43,369 bases of DNA from an uncultured virus (IMG/VR IMGVR_UViG_3300032134_000001) (Duplodnaviria; Heunggongvirae; Uroviricota; Caudoviricetes). Positions 18,365-27,976 of the stretch are shown piece after piece. Location: the IMG/VR virus record IMGVR_UViG_3300032134_000001; one strand, 5' to 3'. The notes under the pieces were generated by a model. The model was not told the DNA's origin, did not search any database, and was given only the letters and a program-made list of their open reading frames with translations. The translations under genes and the position numbers were made by a program. How positions within the stretch are numbered: the stretch's first letter is position 1; each line of letters begins with the position of its first letter.

Positions 18365-19944
18365 GCGCCGCTTCCTGGCATCGAGAGGTCATCCACCCCG
18401 GTCACGACCCGAGCGTGCCGAGGCTGGACTCCCTTGCCCCGCTTGAAGGGTGTGCCGTCAGCCGCGCCCCGCCACCGCTTGACCCGGAACTGGGTGTAGG
18501 TCTCGCTCTTCCCGTTCCGCACCCGTGTCTTCTCTCGGGTGTCGAGAATCTTCTCTCCAGCCTTGAGCGAGTTGACCCAGGGGCGCCAGTAGTGCGGGTC
18601 CACGTCGTGCTCGATGGGAGAGGCGTGGGGCTTGTGCTCGATCTTCACGGTCTGCGGCTCCGTCGGCAGGATGATCCACCGTCGTGTCACCAGCCGGGCC
18701 CCGTCGTAGGAGAGCGTCAGGCGCCGCACCTTGTTGACTGGCCCGGCCTTCTTGCTGCGGTTCTGCCGGGGGGCTTTCCGGCTGCCGAGAATGACGCTCG
18801 GGTCCTCGTGAATCGCAGCCAGCGCGTTGATGCAGACACGGCGCAGTTGGGAGAGGTCGATGCGAGACCCATCCTCTGCGACGGCAAGCCGGTTCTTGGC
18901 GCGAAGGAGCCGGTCGAAGTCGGTGTAGGTGTCCAACATGCCCGGCGTGTCGTCCAGCTCCTTCGGCAACACTGTGCCCCACCGCCCGTGGACGTCCTGG
19001 GACCACATGACGTACCGGATTCCGGCGTCCGCTCCCTCCATCGGCTCCACGTAGACCATGACGCCGCGCTCTGAGAAGCGGAACATCACGCCCCGGCGCC
19101 AGGGGTCCTTGTGTACCAGCGGGAGGCCCGAGAAGCGCTCCTCCCAGACCTCCAGCAGCTCCGTGGACTGCTGGGAGATGTCGATGAGCGAGCGGCGGCT
19201 GCTGTTGAGCCAGCGACCCACACCGGACATCGTCATCATCGCGGGGAGGCGGCGGTTGACATCGGCGTAGCGTGGGTTGTCCGGGACGCCGCCCGTGAGG
19301 TCGATGCCTCGCTTCGTGCAGAAGGCTTCTCCGGCCTCGGCGGCCTTGGGCGGGTCGGCGTGGGACAGGGTGGTGAGGAGCCCGGTGGGCATGTCGGACC
19401 AGGGGTATTGCATAGAGGGACTCCGCACCCAGTTCTCGGTGTAGTGGATAAAGCTGGAGCGGCTCTCGCCAGCCCACTTGGTAGTGACCGGCTTCTTCTC
19501 CGTTCCAGCGGTCTTGAGCTTCCCGAAGGCTTCCGGGATTCCCATCGGATCGAGCGGGGGGAGGTCGTCTGACCGAAGCTCCCACTCGACGATTTGCTTC
19601 GCCTTGATGGCGCCGCGGTGGGCGTACCAGGTGGTGCCGTCCGGCTTGCCGCCAGAGTGGACCATCGCAGCAGCCCAGACCGGGTTGACGTTGTGCTTCA
19701 CCACGATCTGGGCCCAGGTCTGGAGCTTGTCCGCCTCGACCTTCACCGTGAGGCGCACCTCGGTCTTGTCGAGGAAGCTGCCGCTCTTCCAGCCCTGCTT
19801 CGTGAAGGAGGGGTCGTCGGTCAGCCACGGGGCCATGTAGCCCTCCGTGGGTGACACGGGAACGTCGCCGCGAGTGATCCCTTCCCGGAGGAGGCGCGGC
19901 AGCACCCAGCGGGAGGTGAAGTGGTACAGGGTCAGCGTGGTCAT
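18361..19944 (-). CDS. protein with N-terminal ADP-ribosyltransferase-like domain (tentative)
   Basis: LYHFTS....P.LL.EGI...PWLT pattern; 527 aa. Confidence 0.5.
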   Translation of the reverse strand: MTTLTLYHFTSRWVLPRLLREGITRGDVPVSPTEGYMAPWLTDDPSFTKQGWKSGSFLDKTEVRLTVKVEADKLQTWAQIVVKHNVNPVWAAAMVHSGGKPDGTTWYAHRGAIKAKQIVEWELRSDDLPPLDPMGIPEAFGKLKTAGTEKKPVTTKWAGESRSSFIHYTENWVRSPSMQYPWSDMPTGLLTTLSHADPPKAAEAGEAFCTKRGIDLTGGVPDNPRYADVNRRLPAMMTMSGVGRWLNSSRRSLIDISQQSTELLEVWEERFSGLPLVHKDPWRRGVMFRFSERGVMVYVEPMEGADAGIRYVMWSQDVHGRWGTVLPKELDDTPGMLDTYTDFDRLLRAKNRLAVAEDGSRIDLSQLRRVCINALAAIHEDPSVILGSRKAPRQNRSKKAGPVNKVRRLTLSYDGARLVTRRWIILPTEPQTVKIEHKPHASPIEHDVDPHYWRPWVNSLKAGEKILDTREKTRVRNGKSETYTQFRVKRWRGAADGTPFKRGKGVQPRHARVVTGVDDLSMPGSGA

Positions 19945-19953
19945 CCGTATGCC

Positions 19954-20292
19954 TCATCGGTCCTGTTCGAGCTGACGCTTCCGCTCGTCGAGTTCGCAAG
20001 CCAACGCCGCCAGCTCAGTGGACCGCGGGTCCTGCAAGCGTATGGCCCACTGCAGGACGTTGTCGTAGTCACCAGATCGCATCTCCTCCCCCACCTTCAC
20101 CAAGGCGCGGTCGGACCAGCCCTTCTTCTTCAGGGCTCGCTGCACGCGGGCGATGATCGAGTTGGCGTTGCCGTCCTCTCCCACCAGCCCGAACACTCCG
20201 GGTCCGTGCCGCTTGAGCGAGTCCTCGATGATGAAGACCTCCGAAAGCTCTTCCATTGGCGTGAGTGGGTCCTCGTTGCGTTCGCGGCTCAT
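19954..20292 (-). CDS. conserved small phage protein, N-terminal TPMEELS tag
   Basis: Start ATG 20292 (ATGA); LVGEDGNA...V..AL...EM.SGDY motif. Confidence 0.8.
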   Translation of the reverse strand: MSRERNEDPLTPMEELSEVFIIEDSLKRHGPGVFGLVGEDGNANSIIARVQRALKKKGWSDRALVKVGEEMRSGDYDNVLQWAIRLQDPRSTELAALACELDERKRQLEQDR

Positions 20293-21173
20293 CCTTTCTG
20301 CTCCTGTGCAAGCTGCTCCTCGCAGCGTTTGTCGTACTCTTCTGCCAGCTCTCGAAGCATGTCTCCGGGGCTGGTGTGAAGCTGGTCCTCTCCGACCTGT
20401 CCGCCCTTTGCGAGGACTCGCTGCCGCTGTTCCTCGCTCTTCACCCAGAAGTCGTAGTACTCCTCCGCTTTCGCGTTGATCGTCCAACGCTTCCAGCGCA
20501 TCCCGTTGTGAGCACCCCCCGTGAGGTAAGTATCCAGCAGTCGCCGCAGCACCTCTGCCGGAAGGGACTTCTCGCGCTTGGTCTGGACGTTGCGCTCGAT
20601 CCGAACATGCTGAGTCGCGTGCTCGGTGACGTAGACACGGCAGAAGCTCAGGAGCTTCGGCCGCGAGCCCACCATGGTCCGGCGCCGGTTGCAGACCTGA
20701 ACCCCGGCCCGGCAGAGCAAGACGTAGAGCAGCTGGGCCTCGGCAGCGTGCGGCATGAAGCGGGTTCCCGGTGCCGCGGCGGCAAGAGCTTCGAGGGGGG
20801 TCAGCATGTCGTCGAGCCCCTTCGGGCTGAGCACTCGGAGCTTGCCCCGGTCTTCAGCCTCGTAGGCTCGATTCCCCTTTGGCTTGGGCGAGGTGTACCA
20901 GGGCCCCTTCACCTCGATGCGGTAGGGTGCTGTGTTGCGTCCACTCTGCAACTGCCGGTTGTCCATGATGGACGCGTAGGGTGGGGCGCCCCAGTACTCC
21001 AGGTTCACAGGCAGGCGATCCCGGTTGAAGGCGAAGACCAGCTCGTCATCGGCCCAGCTCGGGACGAAGTAGGCGGGCTTCCGGCCCTTCGCGGCCTGGT
21101 AGGCCGCTTCGGCCAGAGTCTCCAGGTCCGGCGTCGAGTAGCGCGTGTAGTTGTCTCCAGTGAATCGCTTCAT
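20289..21173 (-). CDS. NxTxYSTxDL family paralogue 1
   Basis: NYTRYSTPDL; internal TPLEALA. Confidence 0.8.
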   Translation of the reverse strand: MKRFTGDNYTRYSTPDLETLAEAAYQAAKGRKPAYFVPSWADDELVFAFNRDRLPVNLEYWGAPPYASIMDNRQLQSGRNTAPYRIEVKGPWYTSPKPKGNRAYEAEDRGKLRVLSPKGLDDMLTPLEALAAAAPGTRFMPHAAEAQLLYVLLCRAGVQVCNRRRTMVGSRPKLLSFCRVYVTEHATQHVRIERNVQTKREKSLPAEVLRRLLDTYLTGGAHNGMRWKRWTINAKAEEYYDFWVKSEEQRQRVLAKGGQVGEDQLHTSPGDMLRELAEEYDKRCEEQLAQEQKG

Positions 21174-21613
21174 CCAGCTTCCCCTTCGCTCTTGGCGTAC
21201 TTGTCCTTGCCCGTGAAGTTGGGCCAGACCTCGACAGCGAAGCCCTCGTCAGCCCAGCGGGTCCAGTCCGGCACACGGCTGTCCGACTCCTCCGGGAGGC
21301 ACCCCAGCTCGATCACGTCCTGCTGGACGTAGACCTTGCCCCCGCCCTTCCGGGCAGCCTCGACGGCTTCGTAGAGCGACCACTCCGTGTGGTCCCAGGG
21401 GAACTGCATCGACACCGACTCGCAGGCCGGGTTGGTCATCTTGCCCTCGTGCCAGACCTCGGCCATGTGAGTGACGCAGATGTAGGGCGGGGTGTAGGTG
21501 TAGTCCCGGCCCTTCGGGTCCACCATGCTCGGGTTGAAGCAGGTCCCCGCACTCCGCAGCTGGGCCAGAGCCACCATGATGTCTTCCAGGCGAGGAAGTT
21601 CGTTGGCGGTCAC
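21170..21613 (-). CDS. hypothetical protein
   Basis: GTGA overlap. Confidence 0.75.
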   Translation of the reverse strand: MTANELPRLEDIMVALAQLRSAGTCFNPSMVDPKGRDYTYTPPYICVTHMAEVWHEGKMTNPACESVSMQFPWDHTEWSLYEAVEAARKGGGKVYVQQDVIELGCLPEESDSRVPDWTRWADEGFAVEVWPNFTGKDKYAKSEGEAG

Positions 21614-21942
21614 TCGTCACCCCAGGTGCAGGAGTCGCAGCCCCGCCCACCGCAGCCGTAGCAGCCCGTCCCGCCGGGCTCGAAGCCGCCGTACTCGGCC
21701 AGCCCGCGGTTGCCGCCAGTCATCCCGGCCATCATGCGGCCTTCGCCGCCGTCTCCGATGCTGTCGTCATCCTCGACCTCTTCCTCCTCGACCGCCGGGG
21801 CCCGAGCCTTCCTGTAGCGGGCCACCTCCTCGGGCGTGGGGTCCCAGTCCAGGATTCCCAGCCGCTTGTCGATGGCCCACTGCGCTTCCAGGGACAGGCC
21901 GTTGTAGTCGGCAGGCCGCTTCAGGGCCTGCTCCACGCTCAC
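21610..21942 (-). CDS. hypothetical protein, C-terminal CxxCxGxGCxxC
   Basis: GTGA overlap; QW.IDK.LGILDW motif. Confidence 0.75.
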   Translation of the reverse strand: MSVEQALKRPADYNGLSLEAQWAIDKRLGILDWDPTPEEVARYRKARAPAVEEEEVEDDDSIGDGGEGRMMAGMTGGNRGLAEYGGFEPGGTGCYGCGGRGCDSCTWGDE

Positions 21943-22301
21943 GGCGCACCCCCAGCGACCATGTAGGCCCGGACGTAGAAGTAGCCGAAGGAGGCGTTGG
22001 TGTTGCCCTCGACCCGCAGCCCGTCCTTGTCGTACAGCGTCACCTGCTTGTTCTCGCGACCGCTGATCTCCCAGCTGTTCTTCAGGCGGGCGAACTCCTT
22101 CTGACAGGCAGCGAGGACGCCGCCGTTCAGCTGCCCCGCCAGGGCGTTCCGCTCGTCATCTTCTCCCACCATCGACTGACGGTCGGGCAGCAGCCCGAAG
22201 CTCTTGCCGTCGTCGATGGCTCGGGCTCCCCAGGCCACGCTCACGCCTTCCGGGACCGGCAGGCCCCACCAGTGATTGTCGAACATTTCCATGTCACTCA
22301 T
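21939..22301 (-). CDS. conserved phage hypothetical protein
   Basis: AWGARAI...DRQ...T..S.GY.Y motifs; start may be ATG 22292. Confidence 0.75.
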   Translation of the reverse strand: MSDMEMFDNHWWGLPVPEGVSVAWGARAIDDGKSFGLLPDRQSMVGEDDERNALAGQLNGGVLAACQKEFARLKNSWEISGRENKQVTLYDKDGLRVEGNTNASFGYFYVRAYMVAGGAP

Positions 22302-22632
22302 CCTCGTCGTTGTTGGTGTTGTTGGTGTCGTCAGTGAAGTCGTTCATGTGCGATCCGAGGGGGTAGTGGCCCATCCCGAAGACCTGAGCTTCGAGGATGT
22401 GCAGGAGGAGGTTCTCCTCGTCGCCGTACTCCACGTCCTCGTCGCGGAGGCTGCACCAGTAGGTCCCCTGCCCGCAGCGGAGAGTCGCCCCCTTCTGCGC
22501 CAGCAGGGGGTTGACCAGGGCTTCCTGCACGTCGTCTACGAACCGCTGAAGGAGGCTCTCGGCTGCCTCCTCGTAGGCGGCGAGGAGCTTCTTGAAGCGA
22601 GCTGCTTGCTGTTCCACGCTCATGTCACTCAT
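22294..22632 (-). CDS. hypothetical acidic protein
   Basis: In gene chain; start may be ATG 22623. Confidence 0.7.
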   Translation of the reverse strand: MSDMSVEQQAARFKKLLAAYEEAAESLLQRFVDDVQEALVNPLLAQKGATLRCGQGTYWCSLRDEDVEYGDEENLLLHILEAQVFGMGHYPLGSHMNDFTDDTNNTNNDEDE

Positions 22633-23458
22633 CCTCGGCTTTGATGTGTGCCGGACCCTCGTCCGTCTCCACAGTCCAGTTGCACCGGGCTGCCACTGCG
22701 GCAGCCAGGGGCGCGAAGTGCTGTCCCTTGAAGGAGTACCCCCCGCCGTCGACCCCGCAGAGCCGGTACTCGTTGTCCTCTCGCCAGTCGCCCTTCCCGC
22801 CGCAGTAGGTCGCGACGGTGAAGCCAGCGTCCTTCAGCTCCTGGTCCGTGATGAAGTCGTCTGGCAGCCAGCACCACGAGTTGGCCCACGGGAAGCCGTG
22901 CTGCTGCTCCTGCATGGACTCGTGGTCCTTCTCGTTGGCTGCCTGGACCGCAGAATCGCGGTCGTTCTCGTACCAGCCCCACACAGATTCCCCCTCGGGC
23001 TCTGGAAGCTCGATCATGTGCTCGCCTGCCCTCTCGACGTACTCCTCGTTGACGTAGTGGTCGTCCTTCAGGACCAGCCACTTGCGCTCCTCGCGCTCGA
23101 ACAGCTCGGGCTCTTCCTCTACTTCTGCCCCGTCCTGGCGTGCCAGAGCCTCCAGGGGGCAGCACACGGGGACCTCGTCGGGCTCCTTGCCCTCCCAGAA
23201 GGGGTACTCCTCCCCGCAGTCGTGGCAGACGTAGACCACGAGGTCCAGGTCCACGACCTTGTAGCGGTCCTCGGGCTGGACCTGCCAGCGCTCGAAGGCT
23301 TCTGCGCTGGACGTGTCGAGCAGCCCCAGGGGGAAGCTCGGCATGTTCCGGTTCATGAACTCGTTGACCCACTCTGCGAAGGCGTCGTCCTTGAAGTTGC
23401 AGCGGTCAGGGACGAGGTCCGCGAGCGTGACAGTTCGGATGTCTTCCATGATGTTCAC
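22625..23458 (-). CDS. highly acidic phage protein with Zn ribbon, CPLEALA tag
   Basis: CHDC; G.DG.GY.F...H..PL motif; GTGA overlap. Confidence 0.8.
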   Translation of the reverse strand: MNIMEDIRTVTLADLVPDRCNFKDDAFAEWVNEFMNRNMPSFPLGLLDTSSAEAFERWQVQPEDRYKVVDLDLVVYVCHDCGEEYPFWEGKEPDEVPVCCPLEALARQDGAEVEEEPELFEREERKWLVLKDDHYVNEEYVERAGEHMIELPEPEGESVWGWYENDRDSAVQAANEKDHESMQEQQHGFPWANSWCWLPDDFITDQELKDAGFTVATYCGGKGDWREDNEYRLCGVDGGGYSFKGQHFAPLAAAVAARCNWTVETDEGPAHIKAEDE

Positions 23459-23721
23459 GTCTCATCCTCTGGTAGCGGAACGGCAGCGAGCCGCTCCATG
23501 GGTGTTGGTTTGGGGAAGTGTTGTCTTGTCTTGGGCCAGACTTCTCCGTCTGTGCAGGAAGCCAGGTGCTCACACTTGGGCTCCGCGAAGCGGTAGAGGT
23601 TGGCGTCTTTGCCGGACCACGACCTGGCCCACTTCCGCCAGTGGCAGTAGGCATCAACGTCGAAGTCGTGCTCATGCACAGCGATGGAGGACGCCTCGAA
23701 GGCGACGTAGAGGTACTTCAC
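23455..23721 (-). CDS. small protein, C-terminal TPMERLA tag
   Basis: GTG 23721 in GTGA overlap. Confidence 0.7.
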   Translation of the reverse strand: MKYLYVAFEASSIAVHEHDFDVDAYCHWRKWARSWSGKDANLYRFAEPKCEHLASCTDGEVWPKTRQHFPKPTPMERLAAVPLPEDET

Positions 23722-24158
23722 TCCGGCTCGCCACAGTCGGCCAGCAGCTCCAGCGGACCCTTTCTCATCTCCTCGTCGACCATCTTGTCGGTGCGGAGGA
23801 AGTCCCGGACCAGCGACACGTCGCTCTCGTCCGGCTCCCCGTCGGAGTCGAAGCCGATGACGAAGCCTGTCTCCGAGCCGGTGAAGGCTTCGGAGAGGAC
23901 GCCTTTCCAGGTGCAGAAGTTGGACGGGCCGTAGTCGCTGCCGCCTTCCTGCCACCCTGTGCAGGGGAAGCCGGTCTGCGCCCACTCCTCCAGAAAGTCC
24001 ACGCCTCCGTAGTTCATGCCGTCGCCGCTGAACGTCCAGACGGGGCCGTCCTTCTCGCTCGGGGTCTCGAAGTCGTAGTTCCCGAGCACCGCCCGCCCGT
24101 CCTCAGACTGGGCATCCACGGCACGGACGTAGACAGTGAAGTAGCAACGGTCACCCAC
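23718..24158 (-). CDS. hypothetical protein, C-terminal GPLELLA tag
   Basis: Coding frame in chain. Confidence 0.8.
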   Translation of the reverse strand: MGDRCYFTVYVRAVDAQSEDGRAVLGNYDFETPSEKDGPVWTFSGDGMNYGGVDFLEEWAQTGFPCTGWQEGGSDYGPSNFCTWKGVLSEAFTGSETGFVIGFDSDGEPDESDVSLVRDFLRTDKMVDEEMRKGPLELLADCGEPE

Positions 24159-24489
24159 GGGAAGCCCCCTGGTTGCGCTCCCAGAGACCGTGGGTCCTCT
24201 CCCGGCGGGCCTCCAGCGCGTCCAGCCGGGCCAGGGCCGCCTGGGCGAAGCGGATTCCTGGGTCGAACTCTGCGAGGGAGCCTGCGAAGGAGCCCAGCTC
24301 CCAGAGCTGCTTCACGACGCGGAGCGCCTTCAGCTCCCCGGCCAGCGCCTTCCAGACGTACTCACAGCTCACGCAGGGGTACTCCTGCTGGACCTTGCCC
24401 GTCTTCACCGGGCACTCCTCGTGTCTGTACTTGCAGCCGTGATCGAAGCAGCAGTGCGAGGGGCAGCAGATGTAGAGGTCACGCTCCAT
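24151..24489 (-). CDS. Cys/His-rich small protein
   Basis: HCC..HGCKY....CPV......YPC..C; AAGGAG SD. Confidence 0.75.
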   Translation of the reverse strand: MERDLYICCPSHCCFDHGCKYRHEECPVKTGKVQQEYPCVSCEYVWKALAGELKALRVVKQLWELGSFAGSLAEFDPGIRFAQAALARLDALEARRERTHGLWERNQGASRG

Positions 24490-24796
24490 CGTTCAGCTCC
24501 TTGCCCACTTCTGCGAGCTGTTCCAGGGGAGTCAGCGGCGGGTCTGCCTCACCCCGCCAGGCCCCGTTCTCGTCGTACTGCCCGTCGATGCTGATGACGA
24601 TGCGACTCCAGCCCTCGTAGGCCCCGCTCGGGTCGTTCTCGTTGTCGTAGGGCTCGACCAGCTCTCGCGTGTAGGAGAGCTGGAAGCGAAGCGCCTCGAT
24701 GATGGCGTCGATGGGGTCTCCCGACGCTGACACGATGGTCTTCTGCTCGTGGTAGCCACGGGCGCTGGTGGACTCGATGATGAACTCGCGGGGCAT
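24479..24796 (-). CDS. hypothetical protein, C-terminal TPLEQLA tag
   Basis: ATG 24796 in TGATG overlap. Confidence 0.75.
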   Translation of the reverse strand: MPREFIIESTSARGYHEQKTIVSASGDPIDAIIEALRFQLSYTRELVEPYDNENDPSGAYEGWSRIVISIDGQYDENGAWRGEADPPLTPLEQLAEVGKELNDGA

Positions 24797-25716
24797 CAGT
24801 AGCGCCCTCCGTAGTAGGTGCCGTCGTCGTCGGAATCGTCTTCCGGCTCCGGGTCGCACTCGTGAAAGTCGTCGTACTTGGCTGCCCCGCCTGCCCGGAG
24901 ACCGAGCAGATCGAGGGTGAAGACAGCCTTGCGCCAGTTGGTGCTCGGGTAGCTGCCTCCCAGCCTCTCGCACTCGTCGACCATCGCTCGGTAGTCCTCC
25001 ACGGAGGGCTGCCAGAGGAAGGTGACCGTCTGGTTTCGTGCGGCCGTGGCGTTGTAGCCAGGGATGGTCTGGATGAAGCTGTCCCCGTACTTCTCTGGGA
25101 CGAGGACCACGTCGTCCCGCTTCGTCAGCACCTCCACGAGCTTCTTCAGGTCGTAGTGGCCGTTGTCGATGTGGGCGCTGATGTACTCGAAGACCTTGGC
25201 CCAGGGTAGGGGCTCCTTGGTCCGCGTGAAGATCTGGTGGTTGCTCCAGTCGAGAAAGACAACAAGGTCCTCGGACGCCCCTGCTTCCAGTGCCGTGAGC
25301 GGCTTCTCCTCCGCCCCCGGGCGGGGTGGGCCCAGCTCCGAGTGCTCCCTCCAGTACGCCCTCTGGACGGGCTCCGACCAGTCACAGCCCTGCTTCGCGT
25401 GGAAGTCCAGCAGCTCCGGTGTCGCCATGCACAAGATGCCGCCCCTGTACTCCTGCTTCGGGGTGCGGAAGATGGGCTCGACCCCCACGCGGGCTCCCCG
25501 GAGGTGTGCCATGAGCACCCGGTGCCGCGTGATGCCCTCCGTCACGTTGACCTTCGTGTCGACGTGCTCCTTGCTTCCCGGCTTCTTGGTCGTCACCGTC
25601 GTGGTCTGGGTGAGGCGGTAGGCCACCGTCTTCGGCTTCACGTCCGAGATCACGCGGTACTCGGCGGTCCAGGCGGTCTCGCTCCGCTGGAGGCTGCTGG
25701 CAGTCTGGGTCTTCAT
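24796..25716 (-). CDS. hypothetical protein, 306 aa
   Basis: AAGGAG SD, ATGA overlap. Confidence 0.8.
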   Translation of the reverse strand: MKTQTASSLQRSETAWTAEYRVISDVKPKTVAYRLTQTTTVTTKKPGSKEHVDTKVNVTEGITRHRVLMAHLRGARVGVEPIFRTPKQEYRGGILCMATPELLDFHAKQGCDWSEPVQRAYWREHSELGPPRPGAEEKPLTALEAGASEDLVVFLDWSNHQIFTRTKEPLPWAKVFEYISAHIDNGHYDLKKLVEVLTKRDDVVLVPEKYGDSFIQTIPGYNATAARNQTVTFLWQPSVEDYRAMVDECERLGGSYPSTNWRKAVFTLDLLGLRAGGAAKYDDFHECDPEPEDDSDDDGTYYGGRY

Positions 25717-26270
25717 GGGGTCTCCTTGGGCACCAGGGACAGCGCCTCGGTCTCAGTCATCACGGTGGCGTCGAAGATGGGAGGCTGAGCCAGTACGGGC
25801 TTGCCGTCCCGCCAGTAGTAGAGCGGCAGTCCCAGCTCAGTCATGTCCCGCCAGCAGCGGTGGTAGCGGCGAGTCCTGCGGTCAACCAGGACTGTGAAGG
25901 GAACGCCGCTGCCGCCCGCTCTGAGGTTCGGGTAGGGCCGGCACTTCGGGCCTCCTGCACAGGTGTCCTTGCCCTTCGGAGTGGCGTCCCCGACCGGACT
26001 GCGCTCGACGGCCCCAGACTGGCCTGTCGCGTCCCACCAGTTCCAGGTGGCGACCTCTTTGGTGTGCCAGGCCCCCATCACGCCGTGAGGGACTCGGGCC
26101 ACCACGGACAGCAAGAGCATCCCGTGGATGTAGGCTCCGTCCTTGATGATGGTGCCGATGGGCGGGACCACGGGAGCGCCGAAGTCCTCGCACTCCTGGG
26201 CCCCGCCCAGGGTGGTGTACTCGCTGCCGCAGATGTCGCAGCCCCAGTACTCGTAGTAGGTCGGTGCCAT
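25713..26270 (-). CDS. hypothetical protein, N-terminal CxxC...C
   Basis: TGATG overlap. Confidence 0.75.
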   Translation of the reverse strand: MAPTYYEYWGCDICGSEYTTLGGAQECEDFGAPVVPPIGTIIKDGAYIHGMLLLSVVARVPHGVMGAWHTKEVATWNWWDATGQSGAVERSPVGDATPKGKDTCAGGPKCRPYPNLRAGGSGVPFTVLVDRRTRRYHRCWRDMTELGLPLYYWRDGKPVLAQPPIFDATVMTETEALSLVPKETP

Positions 26271-27049
26271 CAGGTCTGCTCCTTGGCCCAGGCCAGCGCC
26301 GCCTCCAGCATCTCCACCGTGGTCGGGTGGGGCTCAGCGAGACCTCCTCGGTCGAGAACCCGCTTGCGTTGGATCTCCGTCTTCGGCCACACCTTGTGGT
26401 AGGCCTTGGTCCACGCGAAGATGGCCCGGCGCCCTTCGGCCAAGTCGGTGGCTGCACCTCCGCGACGGAAGGTCTCTTCAAGCTGGTTGAGGTAGGCCTG
26501 CGGGTCGCCCTTGGGCTTGGGGTCCTGCACCCGGTCAAGGACGTGGATGTTGACAGCTTGGATCATCTGCTGCCCGCCCAGGACGTCTGCCAGTGCCTTG
26601 GTGGTCTCCTGCCCCCGGCGGCTGCCGTACAAGCGGTTCGAGACGCCGTAGCCAAGACGTGTTGCCATGAGCGTGGCGATCTGGAGCTTCGCCTCGTCCG
26701 GGAGGACTGCCTCCGCCTTCCCTGCGAGAGCCAGCGCTTCCAGGTCGCTCATCGCAGCGAGCAGCTGCGGGTAGTTCAGCACGAGGACTCGATCTGTCTT
26801 CGTGAACATCGGGTCGGGCGTGAACCAGGGCCCGTGGGACTTGCTTCGCCGCCCCCCTACCTTGCCCCACTCTCGCGACTCCGCGGGGTTTCCCTTCCAG
26901 TAGCCGACCTCCAGCTCAGCCGTTCCGTGCCGGCGCTGCGTGCGGTAGTTCCGGGACTTGCTCAGCTTGCCCCGGCAGGCGTGGACCGCTTCCAGGAGGT
27001 CTTGGAGATCCTCCGTGCTGTAGCGGGTCCGGTTCTGTGTGATCTCCAT
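26270..27049 (-). CDS. NxTxYSTxDL family paralogue 2
   Basis: NRTRYSTEDL; internal SDLEALA. Confidence 0.8.
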   Translation of the reverse strand: MEITQNRTRYSTEDLQDLLEAVHACRGKLSKSRNYRTQRRHGTAELEVGYWKGNPAESREWGKVGGRRSKSHGPWFTPDPMFTKTDRVLVLNYPQLLAAMSDLEALALAGKAEAVLPDEAKLQIATLMATRLGYGVSNRLYGSRRGQETTKALADVLGGQQMIQAVNIHVLDRVQDPKPKGDPQAYLNQLEETFRRGGAATDLAEGRRAIFAWTKAYHKVWPKTEIQRKRVLDRGGLAEPHPTTVEMLEAALAWAKEQT

Positions 27050-27790
27050 CTACTCCTCCCCCTCGGCCTCCTCGGCCTCCTCAATGTCAGACTCGATCTC
27101 TTCCCAGTCGGACTCCATGCAGCGCACGTGGTCCTCCATCCTGTAGATGCGCTCCAGGTCGGCCTCCACCTGCGCCTCGCCCTTCTTCTCGATGGCGGAG
27201 TCTCCGTAGATCTCCGCGTTCTTGAGGGCGTTGGCCAGCCGCTCAATCTGCTCGCCCGTGTCCTTGGCGACCTGGCTGACCGGGGGATTCCAGGGGCCCG
27301 CTTCGAGGCCCGCTCCCCGCAGCCCGTTGCTGCGCCAGGAGTCGATCTGGCGCTTGGTCCAGCTCGTCCAGCTCTCGTGAGAGACGTTGGTGCCGAGACC
27401 GATGTGAGCCTTCACCTCTTCGAGGGTGACGGAGCGGGGCTCCCAGCTCTCTCCGTCCGCGGTCCTCTTGCTCAGGTAGGGGCCGTTGAGCCGCTCGATC
27501 ATGTTCATGCGGAGCCAGAACTCGCCGTAGCTCTCTTCGGTGATGCGCCCCATGCCGATGCCCATCGTGGCCCAGATGAGGCAGTTGGTGAGCGGGTTGA
27601 GCCGCTGCACCACGTCGCAGTTGGCGAGCTTCTCCGTCTCGCTCTCACCGGGGATGTACCAGGGCGAGCCGTGGTCGTTCACGAGGGTCTCGACAGTGGT
27701 GCCCATCGCCTCGATCTCGGCAGCCGTGAGCCGCTCGTAGCAGGTGGTCTCCATGTTGACGACACGAGTGATGTTCCAGTTCAATGACAC
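27050..27790 (-). CDS. conserved phage hypothetical protein
   Basis: GTG 27790 (SLNWNIT); T..LIW.TM.IG...ITE and HIGL.TNV motifs. Confidence 0.75.
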   Translation of the reverse strand: MSLNWNITRVVNMETTCYERLTAAEIEAMGTTVETLVNDHGSPWYIPGESETEKLANCDVVQRLNPLTNCLIWATMGIGMGRITEESYGEFWLRMNMIERLNGPYLSKRTADGESWEPRSVTLEEVKAHIGLGTNVSHESWTSWTKRQIDSWRSNGLRGAGLEAGPWNPPVSQVAKDTGEQIERLANALKNAEIYGDSAIEKKGEAQVEADLERIYRMEDHVRCMESDWEEIESDIEEAEEAEGEE

Positions 27791-27851
27791 AGCTTCCCTT
27801 CCTTGTGTTGGTTCGGGTCTCAGGCGGGGTTGATCCCCACAAACGCCGATA

Positions 27852-27921
27852 GGGGGCCACCCGAGCCAATGCTCAGGTGACCCCCAGCGGGACCAGTAGG
27901 AGGGGAGGCAGGCCGCCTCCC
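27852..27921 (-). ncRNA. candidate structured RNA, two hairpins
   Basis: 15-bp stem with two G-U pairs (27852-27885) and 7-bp stem (27903-27921) in a 186-nt gap. Confidence 0.4.
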
Positions 27922-27976
27922 ACACGATCACGCCCCGGCAGTCTCCATGGTCAGGTCCACCTCATCGGACTCGTCG

